DNA of 64,000 nucleotides. Source: an uncultured Clostridia bacterium (GTDB lineage Bacteria; Bacillota; Clostridia; TANB77; CAG-508). The DNA is taken from NCBI GenBank assembly GCA_944392665.1, contig CALXXJ010000001.1, positions 96,754 through 160,753 of the forward strand. Reading direction: 5' to 3'. Shown in pieces: positions 23,404 through 38,400 of the stretch. Numbering within the stretch: the stretch's first letter is position 1; each line of letters opens with the position of its first letter. The notes beneath the pieces were generated by a model. It made no database searches. It worked only from the letters and a program-made list of their open reading frames with translations, and had not been told where the DNA came from. Both the position numbers and the translations under genes were made by a program.

Positions 23404-26400
23404 CTAAGGAACAACAATAAATGATTTTCTAATGGTTTGTATTAATGTGTTTTGATAATATGCTTTAATTACTAGTTTATACTCACCTGTACTAATGCCT
23501 TCTTTAATTGCCGTTTCAAAATCAATTGTTTCAATGTTCTCTCCTTCTGTTGGTGTTTCATGATGTTTTTTCTCCATGATGACATATTCTTTACATCCAT
23601 CTGCTGTTTCTAATCCTTGTCCTTCATAATCTTCTGGTGTTTGCCATTCTGTACCATCAAGATTTTCCAAATAATCTTTTAAGTCAACTTGTGTATAACT
23701 AATTCCATTATAAGTGTAAGTATTTGTACCTGTTTCCTCTTCTTCTGATGTTGTATATGTGTCATTTCGTTTATATAACTCTACTCTGATGTTTGTCTCA
23801 TCTGTTGGTGATCCTACACTTACAGTTAAGTCTAGACCATCACCGCCATCAAGATTCTTTCTTGTATTTTTATTAATAATTCTACTTCCATCAACTGATT
23901 CTACTCCTGCTAGTCCTAATAGTTTATTAATAAATGTTATATAAATTTCTTGTTCTTGTTTTACTTCTCCTCCATAATATGATCCATCATCTGATGCAAA
24001 GAAGTAAATTTTTGCAATATATACACCCGCTGGTACACTGTTTTGACTTAATCTTAATTGATATTGATTTTGTATTGTAGATAATCCACTTGATAATGGA
24101 ATTCTGATAACACCATCTGTTCCTACTCTATAAACTGTTGATGTTGTTTGATCGATGACTCTTAAGTTTTGTACTTCTGGTGCTTTGATTCTTTCTCCAT
24201 GTTCATCTACAATTTCAATTGCCATACCTGTATATTTATCATAGTATTTTGTGTCTTGGATGGTTGTTCCATCTTCTGCTGTTTGTTCTGTTATGCTTGC
24301 ATCAAATGTGAATGGAATTGTTAAATTCTCATATACAGAATATGCTGTCTTACCATCAGTTGTTGTAACATTTTCTGTCATGATTGCATTTTTATTATAT
24401 AAGTTATAAACAATTTGTGTTTCTCCATTATCATATTTGATAGCTCCTGTATTGTTTCTTAATTCTAAATAGGTTTCTTGTGCTAATTGATCTGCTTGTA
24501 TATTAGAATCTTTGAAATCAATTGAAACATCATATTTTTCTAGTGCATAACCGAATCCTTGACTAATCTCGTGATAATATAGGCTATTATCATTTGCATA
24601 TTTGTCAGTTGTATCGGTTCCACCCATTTCTACAAAGTCTGATAAGTTGTATAGATATCTTGTTGTTCCCGAAGAATTGTCTGTTGCATCATAATCTGTA
24701 TCACTTGCTACTCGATAATAATATACTTTATTAACTGTATCACCTTGTCCATAATCTCTTATCGTAATTCCTGTACCTTGTGGTAAAGGCATTGTGGTTG
24801 ATAATACTCTATAATCTCCATTTGCATAGAAATCTGTTTGATCACCATTTACTTCTTTATATAGTACATAAGTGATATCTACTTGGCTATCTGTTGTGTA
24901 ATTTAATTTTGTCTTACTACTATTTGTAAATGTTGGAATATAGTTTTCTATATTTGGTGTTTGTTCTGTTTGAAGATTTACTGCAATTACCACTTTAAAT
25001 GTATTACCCATGCTTGCATCTTCACCTGATTTTGATTTTCCTGTTAAGACAATATTGACATATCCTAAATCTTTTGTCTCAGATATATTGATTGAACTAA
25101 ATATCTTGAATAGTAAAGTTCCTGCTGTGTTAGAATTGTCTGTCTTAAATATAGTATCTCCATCAAATGAACCATCTCCATCTGTATAGATGTTTGTTTC
25201 ACCTGATTGTTGCCATCCAGAATTTGATGTTTGCATTGTTAATCCAAATGTGTTATTTGCATTTTCACTATAAATTGGTATTTGCAATTTATTAATTAAG
25301 TTTACATCTGTATTTAATGCATTTGTTGTGATTCTATCAATTGAGAAAGTTGTACCATTATATGTTGCATTATCAACAAATGAATCAAAGTCTAATGTCA
25401 ATTCTGCTGTTGATTGTGTTCCAAATATAGATGCAATTAATTGTGTATTGTAATTTACAATATCTGCTCCAATAATCCAATCATAATAGGTTCCATAGTC
25501 TGTTACTTCTATTACTTGTGGCACAGCTGTGGTTGAACCTTCGCTGACAACATTTGTATAGAATCCATCAACTGTTGTGTCATGGTTTGGTTTATGTCTT
25601 CCTTCTACATATGTACCAGTTCCAAACATATTTGTTGTAGCTGTTCCATCATAATCTGGTGCATAAATGTCATATTCTTTATTGCCTGTGGTTCTGTTAT
25701 GTCTATACATTCCAAAGAATGCCATACCATTAACATCTCCCCAGATATCTTCATCATTTCTGTCTGTTAAATCTCCCTCTTCTTTTGCAAAGATTAGATT
25801 TACACCTTCAAATGTGTATATTCTGTTATCCACATTATTGGTTGCTGTATTGCCTGTAATAGATACTGTCTCTTCTGTTGTTGTTCCATCAGCATTTGTT
25901 AACAAGCTTTCAAATCCTCCAACCATGTTAAATCCTCTCTGTGTATATAGGGTTGTATTATCTAGTAAAGCTAATCCATTTGTAATTCTATTTAAAGTAT
26001 AACTTGTTTTTTGATAGTAATTATTTTCATCTTGTGCTCCTAGTAACTCTAAATATGAATTTTGTATAGATACTTTACCTGTTCTTTCGATTGAAGTCAT
26101 TGTATAGCTTTGTGATGAAGTTCCAAAATCTTTGATTCTTACTGTTGAATTGTCTGTTCCATCACTTGCTGTTGATGAATAGGTTGCATCTTTTCCAGCT
26201 CCGAATATACTTCCATTAAATGTGATTGGAGATTCTGTACTATTATCCATAAGGATATGTGTTTCTCCATACACACTAACTGTATTGTAATCTTCGTTCT
26301 CAGAATCGCCTGAACCATAAATGTTTCCATTTATGACAATATTTCCAGCTGCTTTGGTATCATCTGTTACAGCATCTTTACCAATATTGATGTTTGTTTT

Positions 26401-29400
26401 TCCATAAACAGTTGAATTCTTTGAACCTCCATTAATGTCATTCATGATTGTTCCACCTGTTATGTTTATGGTTGTAGAACCTACTGCATCATTTCTACCA
26501 ATTTCTGTACCAAGTCCTCCACCATAAAGTTCTCCATTTACTGTTGAATTACCTGTAATATTGATTGTTGTATTTCTTGTAATACCTTTATTTTGGTTTC
26601 CACCATAGATGTTTTGTGCGGTTGCATTGTTTATATTGATTGTTGCGTTTGTTGTTTCTCCACCATCACCTGTTCCACCTTGGTTTCCTCCAAAGATATT
26701 TGTTACTGTTGCGCCATTTTGTGTTACATTTGCATTTGTTACACTTGCGTCTAGTCCTCCACCGAAAACGTTGTTTGCATTTCCTGAATTTAGTACGACA
26801 TTTGTATTTGTTGTAAGTCCTGCATTTTTAGAACCACCAAAGATTGTATCAATTGTAATACCATCTAAGTTTACATTTGCAGTTCCTACTCCTGCATTGT
26901 TACCACCACCAAATACATTTGTAACATTTCCAGACACTAGGTTAACATTTGATGTTGTTACTGTTCCATTTGTGTTTGAGCCTCCATATATATTTGTAAC
27001 GGTTGCTGTACCTTCTAAGAATATGTTAGATGTTGTGGTTGTTCCACCGAAACCACCTCCATAAACATCAGTTACAGTTCCTGTTTGTAGATATATATTT
27101 GAAGTTGTTACTGTTCCATCTGTTTTTGGTCCACCATAAATGGTGTTTGCTGTCATTCCATTTAAGTAAATATCTACTTGATTTGTAAATCCTGCTGCAT
27201 CTGAACCTCCATAGATAGTTGGTGCATTTGCACATTTTACTAATTGGATATTAACAGTTCCTACTCTGTCATATTTTCCGCTACCATAGACTGTTCCATT
27301 GATTGTTGGTGTTACATCTTTTGAAGCATCTCCTATTGTTATATTTACATTTTGGCTTGATGTATCTGCATTTAGTTGTGCTTGTGTTGTCAACACATTT
27401 CCACCATAAATATCATTTAGGATTCCATCATAGATGTAAATATTGCTTGCAGTTCTAACTTGGTTTTGATAAGCGCCACCATAAACACTTCCTAATACTT
27501 GTCCGTTGTTTACAGTGATATTTGCGTTACCAGTTACACCAGAATTATTACCTCCACCATATACATCTCCTGTGATGATTGCTCCATTGTTTAATTCTAC
27601 ATTGGTGTCACCTGTAATTAATCCTGTATTTAAGTTAATACTTGTTCCATTGATGACTCCATTGCTTCCACCATAAATGGTTCCATCTACAGTAATTGTA
27701 CTATTAATAGTAATATAAGTGTTTCCTGTTACTTTTCCTTCTGTGACTGTTGTTGTATTTGAACCACCATAAATATTTCCTGTTACATTCGTACATCCTT
27801 GAAGATTCATTCTTGAATTTCCTGTTGATGCATCATTTCCACCATGTCCAAATATGTTTCCATTAATTTGACCACCGTAGAAATTGAATATATTGGCATC
27901 TGGTTCTCCATCTGCACTTGAATCTTTCGTTGTTGCCATTCTTGCACCACCATAGATATTTCCTGTTATATTTCCACCATACATATCTAATTGTGATTTA
28001 CCATCATTAAATCCATTGATTGATCTTAGATATATAACCGCATCTTCAGATGCTTTATGGAATTTATTTTCTCCTGTAAAGGTTCCACTTAAGATTTGAG
28101 TTGTTGCATATGTTCCTTCATAACCTAAATTATAATCTTGTGCTCCTTCACTATTATATGGATAACATCTATCTTCAAGTTCTCCCATTGCTAGATATCC
28201 TGTAATCACTAACTTGTCATTTCTAGCAATTGCAGATTCTTTCATTGTACCAATGATTACTTGATGTGAAACATACTTTCTCGTTGTAGATTGATTATTT
28301 AAACTACTTCCAATAATAATGTCATTATACTTACCAGCTTCTACAATCACTCTGTGATTTCCGATTGTTCCTGTTGCTTCTTCATCTTTATAATTACCTC
28401 CTACAACTCCACCAAATGTATATTTATCTTCTGGTGTAGAGATACCTCTTCCAAGAGTCACATCTCCATAGTTAGTAATTAAAATATTTGAATAATCACC
28501 TTTTGCTAAATAATCACTACCATCACTAACATTTGTAGAATCTGAATATAATTCAATATTATCAAATGTAATGTCACCTTCTACATCCATATTAGATGAA
28601 ATTTTCAATTCAGCACCACTTGTTCTATAATCCACACCTGCATATAAGCTTGTGATTGTAGCATTTCCTTCCAATCTTTCACTACTGTTCCATTCAATTT
28701 CATCCATAATAACAATGATATTATTTGATGCATTTCCTGAAGCATTTAGTTTACTATATGCGGTTGTTAAATCTTGAACTGGTGTTGTAGGTGATAGACC
28801 ATTATTACTGTTGTCACCATCTTTTGATACGAATATGACAGTTGCTTCTTGCCATACAGCTGTTAAGTTGGTTACTGTTCTTGGAATATCTGTATATAGG
28901 TCGTAAATTGTTGCATTCTCTTCTTGGAAGCCGTTTTCGTTTGCGACAGCCCATCCTGCAAAGCTATATGCAGTTTGCTCGCCATTTTCATACTTGAATG
29001 GTTCTGCAAATAAGTTATTATCACCATTGCCATAAATTTCTCCTATTGAACTTGCTCTATAAGTATCACTTCCACCATTTGTACCACTCTTGTTAACTCT
29101 CATTAACTCATGCACATAGCTTTGATGCATTTGTTCAAAATCAGGTGTTACGTGATATGTAACCATTGTATAGTTATCTGTATTATCACCTAATGCTGAT
29201 TTAGAGAAACTAATCGTTGTTGCATTGCTCTTATTTTCAAATTCATCTACTAATGTTTCTTTTTCAATGACTAATGAATAGGTTCCGATTTCTGTTAGAC
29301 CTGTAATATCAATTTGGTAAGATTCAGATACTTCTGTATCATCTTCTCCAAGAGGTTGTACTGTAATATTATCTATATTTGTAATATCTTCACCATCTTT

Positions 29401-32400
29401 GATAATTCTGATATCTGCTGCTTCTAAGTTACTATTTTCTAAGTCTAAGAAAGTATCTTGTCCTTTCACTGTAAAGTGAATTGTACCATTTGATTCGAAT
29501 TCTGATGTATCTGTACTCATATATCTCCAAACTGGTTTTCTATTATCTAAGTCAACAAATATATCTGTTGCCTCATTTGTATGTCCTTCTGTATCACTAA
29601 TCTTACCAGCTGGTATACTAATTTTTAATTGTTTAAATTCTTCTTCAAATTCGTCAAATCTAATTACAAAATCATATCCATATTCTGTTCTTACCGGTGT
29701 TATGGTAATTGGTAAGTCTGTTCTTTGGATATATTGTCCATCTCTATTTAGTTCGTAAATAGAAATATCGTCTGGTTCCAATATTGTATTAAAGTCATAG
29801 AATCTATCAGTACCTGAAATCGTTACTGTTGCATATCTTTGTGCATAACTGATATATTTCTCTTTATAATACAATTTAGGATTAATAAAGTCGACTACAA
29901 CATAATTATCTTCATCATCACCATCATCATTATCCACTACTATTTTTGTTTCAATGTTCGCATTTCCTGATGTATCTCTTACTTTATTTTCTGCAATTAC
30001 AAATTCGATTTTACCACTATGTCTTCTGAAAATTTCATTTTCTAAGTTTTCATCTAGTTCGAAGTTAGATAAGGTTAATGTATATCTAATGCCATTTCCT
30101 TCTCCATCTGGTATATCTGAACTTGTTAATTCTTTTGTTAAAGTATTTGTTACATCCATATCATCTACAAGTATTTGTTTAATATCATCAACAGTTAAAA
30201 TGTCACTTTCTAAGAAGTTTGTATCTACTGCATCAAATGTGATTGTTACTTGTTTATTTTCTTGATCAATTACTGGATTTATACCTTCTGCATACTTGTA
30301 TTCAATTGTTGGTTTTATAAAGTCTACAATGTTATTTCTAAATGCTGTATACTTAGGATTTTCTGTATCGTCTCCAATATCTGTTTCAACCCAATTTGGA
30401 TTTCCTACAGGTATTTGAGTGACTCTATTTCCAATTCCTGAAGTATCTCTTATGGTATTTTCCGCAATTTCAATTTTTACGGCTCCATCATATTGACCGA
30501 AATTTCCTAATGTTAATTCATATCCTACATCAGCACCATCAAGTTCTGCTTCATCTGTGATTTTTGTTAATGTTTTTGTAATTGTTGTGATTGGTGTATC
30601 AGGATTTTCACTGTTATCTACATATACATTGATATTATCTTCTGTTAATGTATCTTTTAGGAAGTAATCATCACGTCCTAATATCTTAACCGTTACTGTT
30701 CCTGTTTCTCCATCTCTATCTCTTGTGATACTACTTGTAGAATATTCCCATGTAGGTCTTGTAAAGTCTACAATGCTTTCTCTGAAAGCTGTATATTCTC
30801 CATTTGTGTCTCCTGGTTCTGTCCATGTTGCATTTCCTACCAAGATTTCTGTTTCTTTGTTTCCATTTCCAGATTGATCTTTTATGACTCCCTCTGGAAT
30901 AATAATGCTTGTAATACCTTGATTGTCTTCAAAATTACTTAATGTAATTTGATATGTAACTGCAGTTGCCGTTTTACTTACTTGTGCAACTTGTTTTACT
31001 ATGGTATCTGGATAAACAACTTCTCCATTATGTTTTACAACTTTCACTCTCATATTGGCAATACTATCAGCATTTTGTAAAGTTGTTGTTCCTAAGTATT
31101 TATCTGTTGCTCTGATTCTTACTGAGACAGTTCCTGTTTCAGTTTCTAAATCTCTGTTAATACCATTGCTTGCATTTACAACACTCAAATTATCTTCTGT
31201 CTTTTCAATTAATGGATCAATAACATCGACGATAATACCACTATCTGGATCATCTCCATCATCTGTATCAATTGTGATTGTTGTTGCTGCATTTTTATTT
31301 CCTGAAGTATCATCTATTTGTCCTTCTGCAAATACTAATTGTACGACACCACTGTAGTCTTGATATCCTTGTGAATTATATACTAATTCAAAGTTTGATA
31401 CGACTAATGTGTATTCATATCCATTTTCTATCGGTTGTGATGTAATCGTTGTCATTAAGTCATCTGTGATATCTGTCTCTGCTACATTAATTCTTACATT
31501 ATCTGTATTTAATGTACCATCTGCATTCATGATTGAACTTTCTACTAAATACTTATCTGTAACTGTGAATTTAACTGTTAGTGTTTTTGCATCATAATTA
31601 ATATCTGGGTTTTCTGCTCCTTCAACTGCTGAATATTGATATTTGATGACTGGTTTTATGAAGTCTACAATATCTTGTCTAAATGCTGAATACCTTGGAT
31701 AATCTGGGTCTGTATCTTCTAGTGGTTCATTTGCTTCTTCCCAAGTAATATTTCCTACTGGAATAGTTGTTTCTTGGTTTACATTTCCACTTTGGTCTGT
31801 GATGGTTCCTGCATCTATAACAATCTTTGTTACGCCACTTAAATCTGCAAAATTTCCTAATGTTAATGTATATCCTATAGCTACATCTTCTAATTGTGCA
31901 TTTTGTAAATCTGCACTTTCTGCAAGTGTTTGAAGTTCTGTACTATCTGTAATTTCTACTAATTCTTTTGATATTGTTGTCTCTTCTACATCATCTACAA
32001 ATACTTTAATATTTGCTGCTGTTAGAGAATTACTTGCATAGTATTTATCACTTCCTAGAATTTTAATGCTTACTGTTTCTTCTGTTCTGTCTATGCTGTT
32101 TACATTATGTGGTCCTGTCCATAATGGATTTACTACGTCAACGATGACTGGTTCATCATGATCTTCATGATTTTCTGGATCATCTATACCAATTGTGATT
32201 GTTTTTGCTACACTACTGTTGTTTGATTGGTCTGTAATTAATCCTTCTGGGAATGCCATTGTCATTGTACCACTATATCCAACTCCATTTTCTGTTTCTA
32301 GTCCACTGACAACAAGTTCATATCTTTCTCCAATCTTTGTTTGAACTCCGTTTATCGTATAATATATATCACCATTTGTTCTATATATGATATTTCCAAC

Positions 32401-35400
32401 AATTTGATCTGATGCTATTGTTTTCTTAGTTAATGTTTTTGTTGCTTTTGTCCAATCTGGTTCTGTTCCATCAACTTGTATTGTCATATTATCTGCAGAT
32501 ACTGTTGACTCTTTGAAGTATTTATCTGTTACATCAAATACAACTGTTACCGTTTTTGCATCATAATCTATAACTGTATCTGAATATTCATATGTATATT
32601 CTGGTTTTATATAATCTGTAAACATTGTTCCATCAGTATTTTTATTTGTATTTGTATCTTTTAATTCAAGCTTCGTCCAGTTTCCATCTTCATCATCAAT
32701 TTCTTCCATATTTCCATTTCCATATACATCTTTCAATGTACCTTTTAATGGTTGAATGGCTATATTACCACTCCATTCTTTAAAGTTCTTTCCGCTTTGA
32801 CGTAAAGCTTCTTCAAAGTTTGATAGTGTAATTGTATAGAAGATTTCTTTGTCTGTTGATTTTGCTGTATCTTTAACAACTGTTCTTGTAATATTTTGAC
32901 TTTCATCAAGTTCACCATCAATATAGATATTGATTAAATCTCCTGTTAGTGTACTTGTTACATTACTATCATAATTGATGTTTACGCCACCAGTTGTCTG
33001 TATTTCTTTTGCATTTCCTTTGATGACTATACTGATTGTTTGATTTTCTTCATCAATTGTGCTTGATACTTTTTCCCATTCTGGTTTGTAGATAGGATTT
33101 ATCGTTCCTTGTTTATAATTAATATTTGTTTCAGAATTTGTGTCTGTACTAAATCCTTTGAAATGATACATATCGTTGTAAATTGATTCTGGTGCATAAA
33201 TGATGGCTCCTGTTGTTCCACAATCTTCACAAAACCTACCAAATACTACTATTTTTGTAAATGCTGGTCCTAAATCTAAAGTTGTCATAGCTGTAGCTCC
33301 TGTTTTATAGAACATACCCTCCATGTTTGTTACATTACTTGTATCAAATTTATCTCCTAAATCTAGGCTCGTCATGGATGTATATCCTGTTTCACCAAAC
33401 ATACCTGACATATCAGTTACATTGCTTGTATCAAAATTATCCCCTAAATCTAGGCTCGTCATGGACGTATATCCTGTTGCATTAAACATATCGAACATAT
33501 TAGTTACATTGCTTGTATCAAACTTATCTCCTAAATCTAAGCTTGTCATAGCTGTAGCTCCTGTTATACCAAACATCTGATGCATATCCGTTACTTTGCC
33601 TGTATCAAACTCATCTCCTAAATCTAAGCTTGTCATTGCTGTATATCCTGTTACATGAAACATACATGACATATCAGTTACATTACTTGTATCAAAATTA
33701 TCTCCTAAATCTAAATTTGTCATAGCTGTATATCCTGTATAGATAAACATAGATGCCATATTAGTTACATTACTTGTATTTAATAATCCCATATTAGTAA
33801 TTGTTTCTACTGATTCACAAAATTCTGCATATCCTATATAAGCAAATAAGTTTCTTGAATCAGTATTACCAAATATCTCATCATTACTTCCAATATATAC
33901 TTTTACAGTTCCATTTGTATTTGTTTCATACCAAGCAATAATTGAATTATCACCTTGTGCTGATACATCCCAAGCTGTATTGTCAATATATGCTTTTGCT
34001 GAGAAATCATAAACTGTTTCTGGTATATCATCTACAAATGTTACATTATCTATATTTTGTCTTTGGATATTGGTATTTCCAAGAAAAGCACTTGACTCTT
34101 CTATACTTTCTGTTTCACTTCTTAATGTATTAAACACAATGACATCTGTCACCTTATTACCATTTCCAGATTGGTCAATTGCCACATCTGTTTGAATTTG
34201 GATTTTGATTTGATTTGTACTAAAGTCTAATCCTTCTCCATTAAGTGTGATTGTATATTGGTCTCCGATAACATCAGTTCCGTTGCTAGCATAAACTGTC
34301 GTTTTGTCTGCTACATTGATAGAAATATTTTCTGTTGAAACTTCTGCTCCATTAATCAATACTTTGATATTGTCTGCTGTTAAATTGCTATTTACAAAAT
34401 ATTTATCTGTAACCTTAACTGTTGCAGTTGCTGTCTTAGCATCTACATCTACTGATGAACTTACTTTCTCCCATAATGGGTCTACAACATCGACTGTTGT
34501 TGCCTCTCCTGGGTCACCTGCTAAAATGTTAAGTCCTGATGTAATGGTTGTTGCATTATTTCCATTTCCTGTTGTATCTACTACAACATCACTTGGAATT
34601 GCTACTGTAATGATACCACTATAATCTAATGTTTCTTTGCCTTCTAGTTTTTCTAATTGTTCAAGATGTGATAATTTTAAAGTGTATTGTTTTCCTACTA
34701 CTTGGCTTGTTCCATTGACGGTTGCTGTGATATCCTCTTCTGTTAATTCTCTTACCACTCCATGGAATCCTGTATCATCCCAGTTTGGTTCTTCTCCATC
34801 AATTAAGATATTCAAATCTTCTACATCTAATGTAGCTTCATTTAAGAATTTATCTACAATGTTAAATACCATCGTAAATGTTTTTCCATCATAATCAATG
34901 TCTGATGTATTGTATTCATATCTTACATCTGGATTAATAAAGTCTACAAAGTCTGTGATAGTTGTTGTTTCATCATTGATTGTATTTCCTGTGATATCTC
35001 TTGATGCACTAGGATTTACTCTAACTTCTATATCACCACTTAATTCTCTGTATTGTCTATTAGAAGTTATAAATTCTTCATCTGTTTCTACAAGTTCCGT
35101 AATTTCTAATGTATATTGATGTCCTAATACCTTTACTTCTCCATCGATGTTTGCTTTGATTTCTACTGTACTTACAAGATTTTTTGCTATTTGGTCATCA
35201 ATTTGTTTTCCATCTAACCATACTGTGATTTCATCTAATGTTACTGGATCTTCTGGGTAATAGTTTTTATCTGTTACATTGAAGATAACGGTTTCTTTTT
35301 GAAGTGCTTCGTCTTTCGTTTTTTGCACATCATACACTTCTGGGCCTGTTCCATCAATGTTTCCTAAGTCAAATGTCTGTTTATTAGTTGTATTTTCATA

Positions 35401-38400
35401 CGCATCTGTGATAACACCTGCTGCAATTTCTAGAGAAATTTTTCCACCATTTTCATTTCTATATTGTGCCGTATCTCCTACAATTGGATCAACTGGTGTA
35501 AATTCTGTGTATCCTTGTTCATCTGGTATGATATTGGTTAGTGTTAAAGTATATTCATATTCTTCATTTGGTGTAATTTCTTCTGGTCCACTTAATTCCT
35601 TACCAATCTCAGTTGATGGTTGTCCATTAACTATGATTGTAATATCATCAGTTGTTAGATCAAAGATACTTTCTGCTTGATTTAAGAATTTATCTTTTAC
35701 TCTTAATTTGATAACACCATTTGCTCTATCTACATCTCCCAATGTCCATACTGGATCTACAACATCGACTACTTCTTCGTCTCCGTCTGCTCCGCCTGGA
35801 TCATCTTTTCCAATTGTGATAGATTTTGCAGAACTAATATTTCCAGATTTATCTGTAACTGTTCCTGCTGCAAATGATAATGTCATATAACCACTATATG
35901 TATAACCATCACCATTGCCATCTGCATCTTCTTGGTCTAATCCAGTAATCACTAATTGATATCTTTCTCCAATTTTTGTATTTTCTACACCTTCTACAGT
36001 TGCTGTCAAGTCTTGTACTTTTGTTAATTGTTTCGTAATGGCATTATTTAATGCCGTTACATCATAATCATCGATATTTATCGTTATTTGACTTGCGTCT
36101 AAGTTTGAAAGTGTTGTACTTTGGAAGAATTTATCCACTACATCAAATACAATTGTTACTTGTTCTTCATCACCATGGATAATTTCCGTTTTTGCACTTT
36201 CATATGTGAATTCTGGATCAATAAAGTCTGTGAACATCACATTGTCTGTATTTTTATCTACTTTTGTTGTTTCTTCAATTCCATTATCTTGTCTAGCTCC
36301 ACCTTCTGCTAATTCCATGTTTTTGTTTCCATAGGTCATTCTATTTCCTTCTGCATCTGCTGGGCCTGTTGTATCTGATAAGGTTCCTTGTGCTACTTCG
36401 ATTCTAATATTACCACTCCACTCTTTGAAGTCTTTTCCAGTTCTTCTGGTTGCTTCTTCAAAGTTTGATAATGTTAATACTTGTAATACATCTTTTGCTC
36501 CTGTTCTCGTATTTGCAGTTTGTGTTGCTGTTCCGATTGTCTTTGTAACAACATCAGTGATTTCTGTATCTTCTATAAATACTTTAATATCATCTTGTGC
36601 TAATGAACTGGTTACATCACTAATGTATTCATCTACTGGCACTTCTGGATTTGTTGTTCCTCTTAATGTAATGTTGATTTTTGGATTATTTGCATCTGTT
36701 TCATCAATTTCAGATTGTTCTTTTTGCCATTCTGTTCTGTATTTTGGATTGATGGTTCCTTTTGCATAATTCATAGTTGTTGTAGAATCTGAACCTGCTT
36801 TGAAGTTGTTCAAATCATTATAGATTGCTTCTGGTGCATATATTGTTGCTCCTGTTGTTCCACAATCTGTTGCAAAATCTTCACTTGCTTCATATGTTTC
36901 ATCTTCTCCTACTACAGTTCCAGTTGCTATTTTTGTGAATGCTGGTCCTAAGTCTAATGTTGTCATTGCTGTAGCTCCACAAGAGTGGAACATTCTACGC
37001 ATATCTGTTACTTGAGTTGTGCTAAATAAGTCTCCCAAGTCTAAGCTTGTCAATTTCTTATTTCCACAACCATAGAACATTTCATTCATATTGGTTACTT
37101 TTGATGTATTAAACTTATCTCCTAATGTTAATGTTGTCATTTCATTATATCCACAATTAAAGAACATTCTTTGCATATTGGTTACATTACTTGTATCAAA
37201 TTTATCACCTAGATTTAAACTTGTCATGGCACTATAACCACAATGAGCAAACATATTACTCATATCTGTTACATTGCTTGTGTCAAATTTATCTCCTAAA
37301 TCTAAATTTGTTAATTTTGATTGTCCACATTGTTCAAACATATATGTCATGTTTGTTACCTTGCTAGTATCAAATAAGTCTCCTAAGTTTAATGTTGTCA
37401 TAGCATTTTGTCCACAAGAATCAAACATATATCCTATATCGGTTACATTTGATGTATCAAATTTTGTTCCTAAATCCAATGTTGTCATTGCATTTAATCC
37501 AGTTAATCTGAACATAGAATTCATATTGGTTACATTTGTTACATTTAATAATTCAATATTGGTAATGGTTTCTGTTGAGGTAGATTCTTCTGAACTTCCT
37601 ATAAATGCAAACAAGTATTTTGAATTTCTATTTCCAAACATCTCATCATTACTTCCGATATATAGTTTTATTGTTCCATTTGCACTTGGTTCATACCATG
37701 CAATAATTGAATTATCTTGCATTGCTGATACATCCCATGCTGTCGTATCAATATATGTATTTGTATATATGTCATATACATCTGCTGGTATATTATCTAC
37801 AAATGTAACATTATCCACCATATTTCTTGCTACTCCTGTATTTCCTAATAAAGCTAGTAATTCAATTTCACCAGTACTTTCATCTATATCATTACTTGTA
37901 TCGATTAATGTATTAAATAAAATCAAATCAGTCTCTTTATTTCCATTGCCTGATGCATCTAATACCAATCCTTCTGGTACTCTAACCTTTATTTGATTTA
38001 CAGTTGTATCTAATCCTGAAAGATTTAATGTATATTGCACTCCATATTGTACTGTTGAAGTTGTACCATTTACGACTCTTTGTTCATTTAATGGTGTACT
38101 TGTTAATTGTTTTGTAACACCTGTTGCTACATTTCCATTTACAATAATTTGAATGTTTTCGTTTGTCAATGTACTATTTGTAAAGTATTTATCTGTTACT
38201 TTAAATGTCATGATTCCTGTTTTTGCATTTACATTTACTGATGAAGATATTTTCTCAACTAATGGGTCTACAACATCGACTACTTCTTCTGTTCCAGTTC
38301 CTCCTGGTAAACTAATTCCTGAAGTAAGCGTGGTTGCATGATTTCCATTTCCTGTTGTATCTAGTAGCTTATCTTGTGGAATGGCTACTGTAACAACACC

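Noticed and set aside
23196-23417. 73-aa minus-strand ORF (MLFLSDQSEMSHWGRFCLGHFVQWGRFHLD...).
   Set aside because: It is encoded largely by the tandem dispersed-repeat units (WGRF appears twice). It has no RBS and overlaps the end of the giant gene. It is a repeat-derived spurious ORF.
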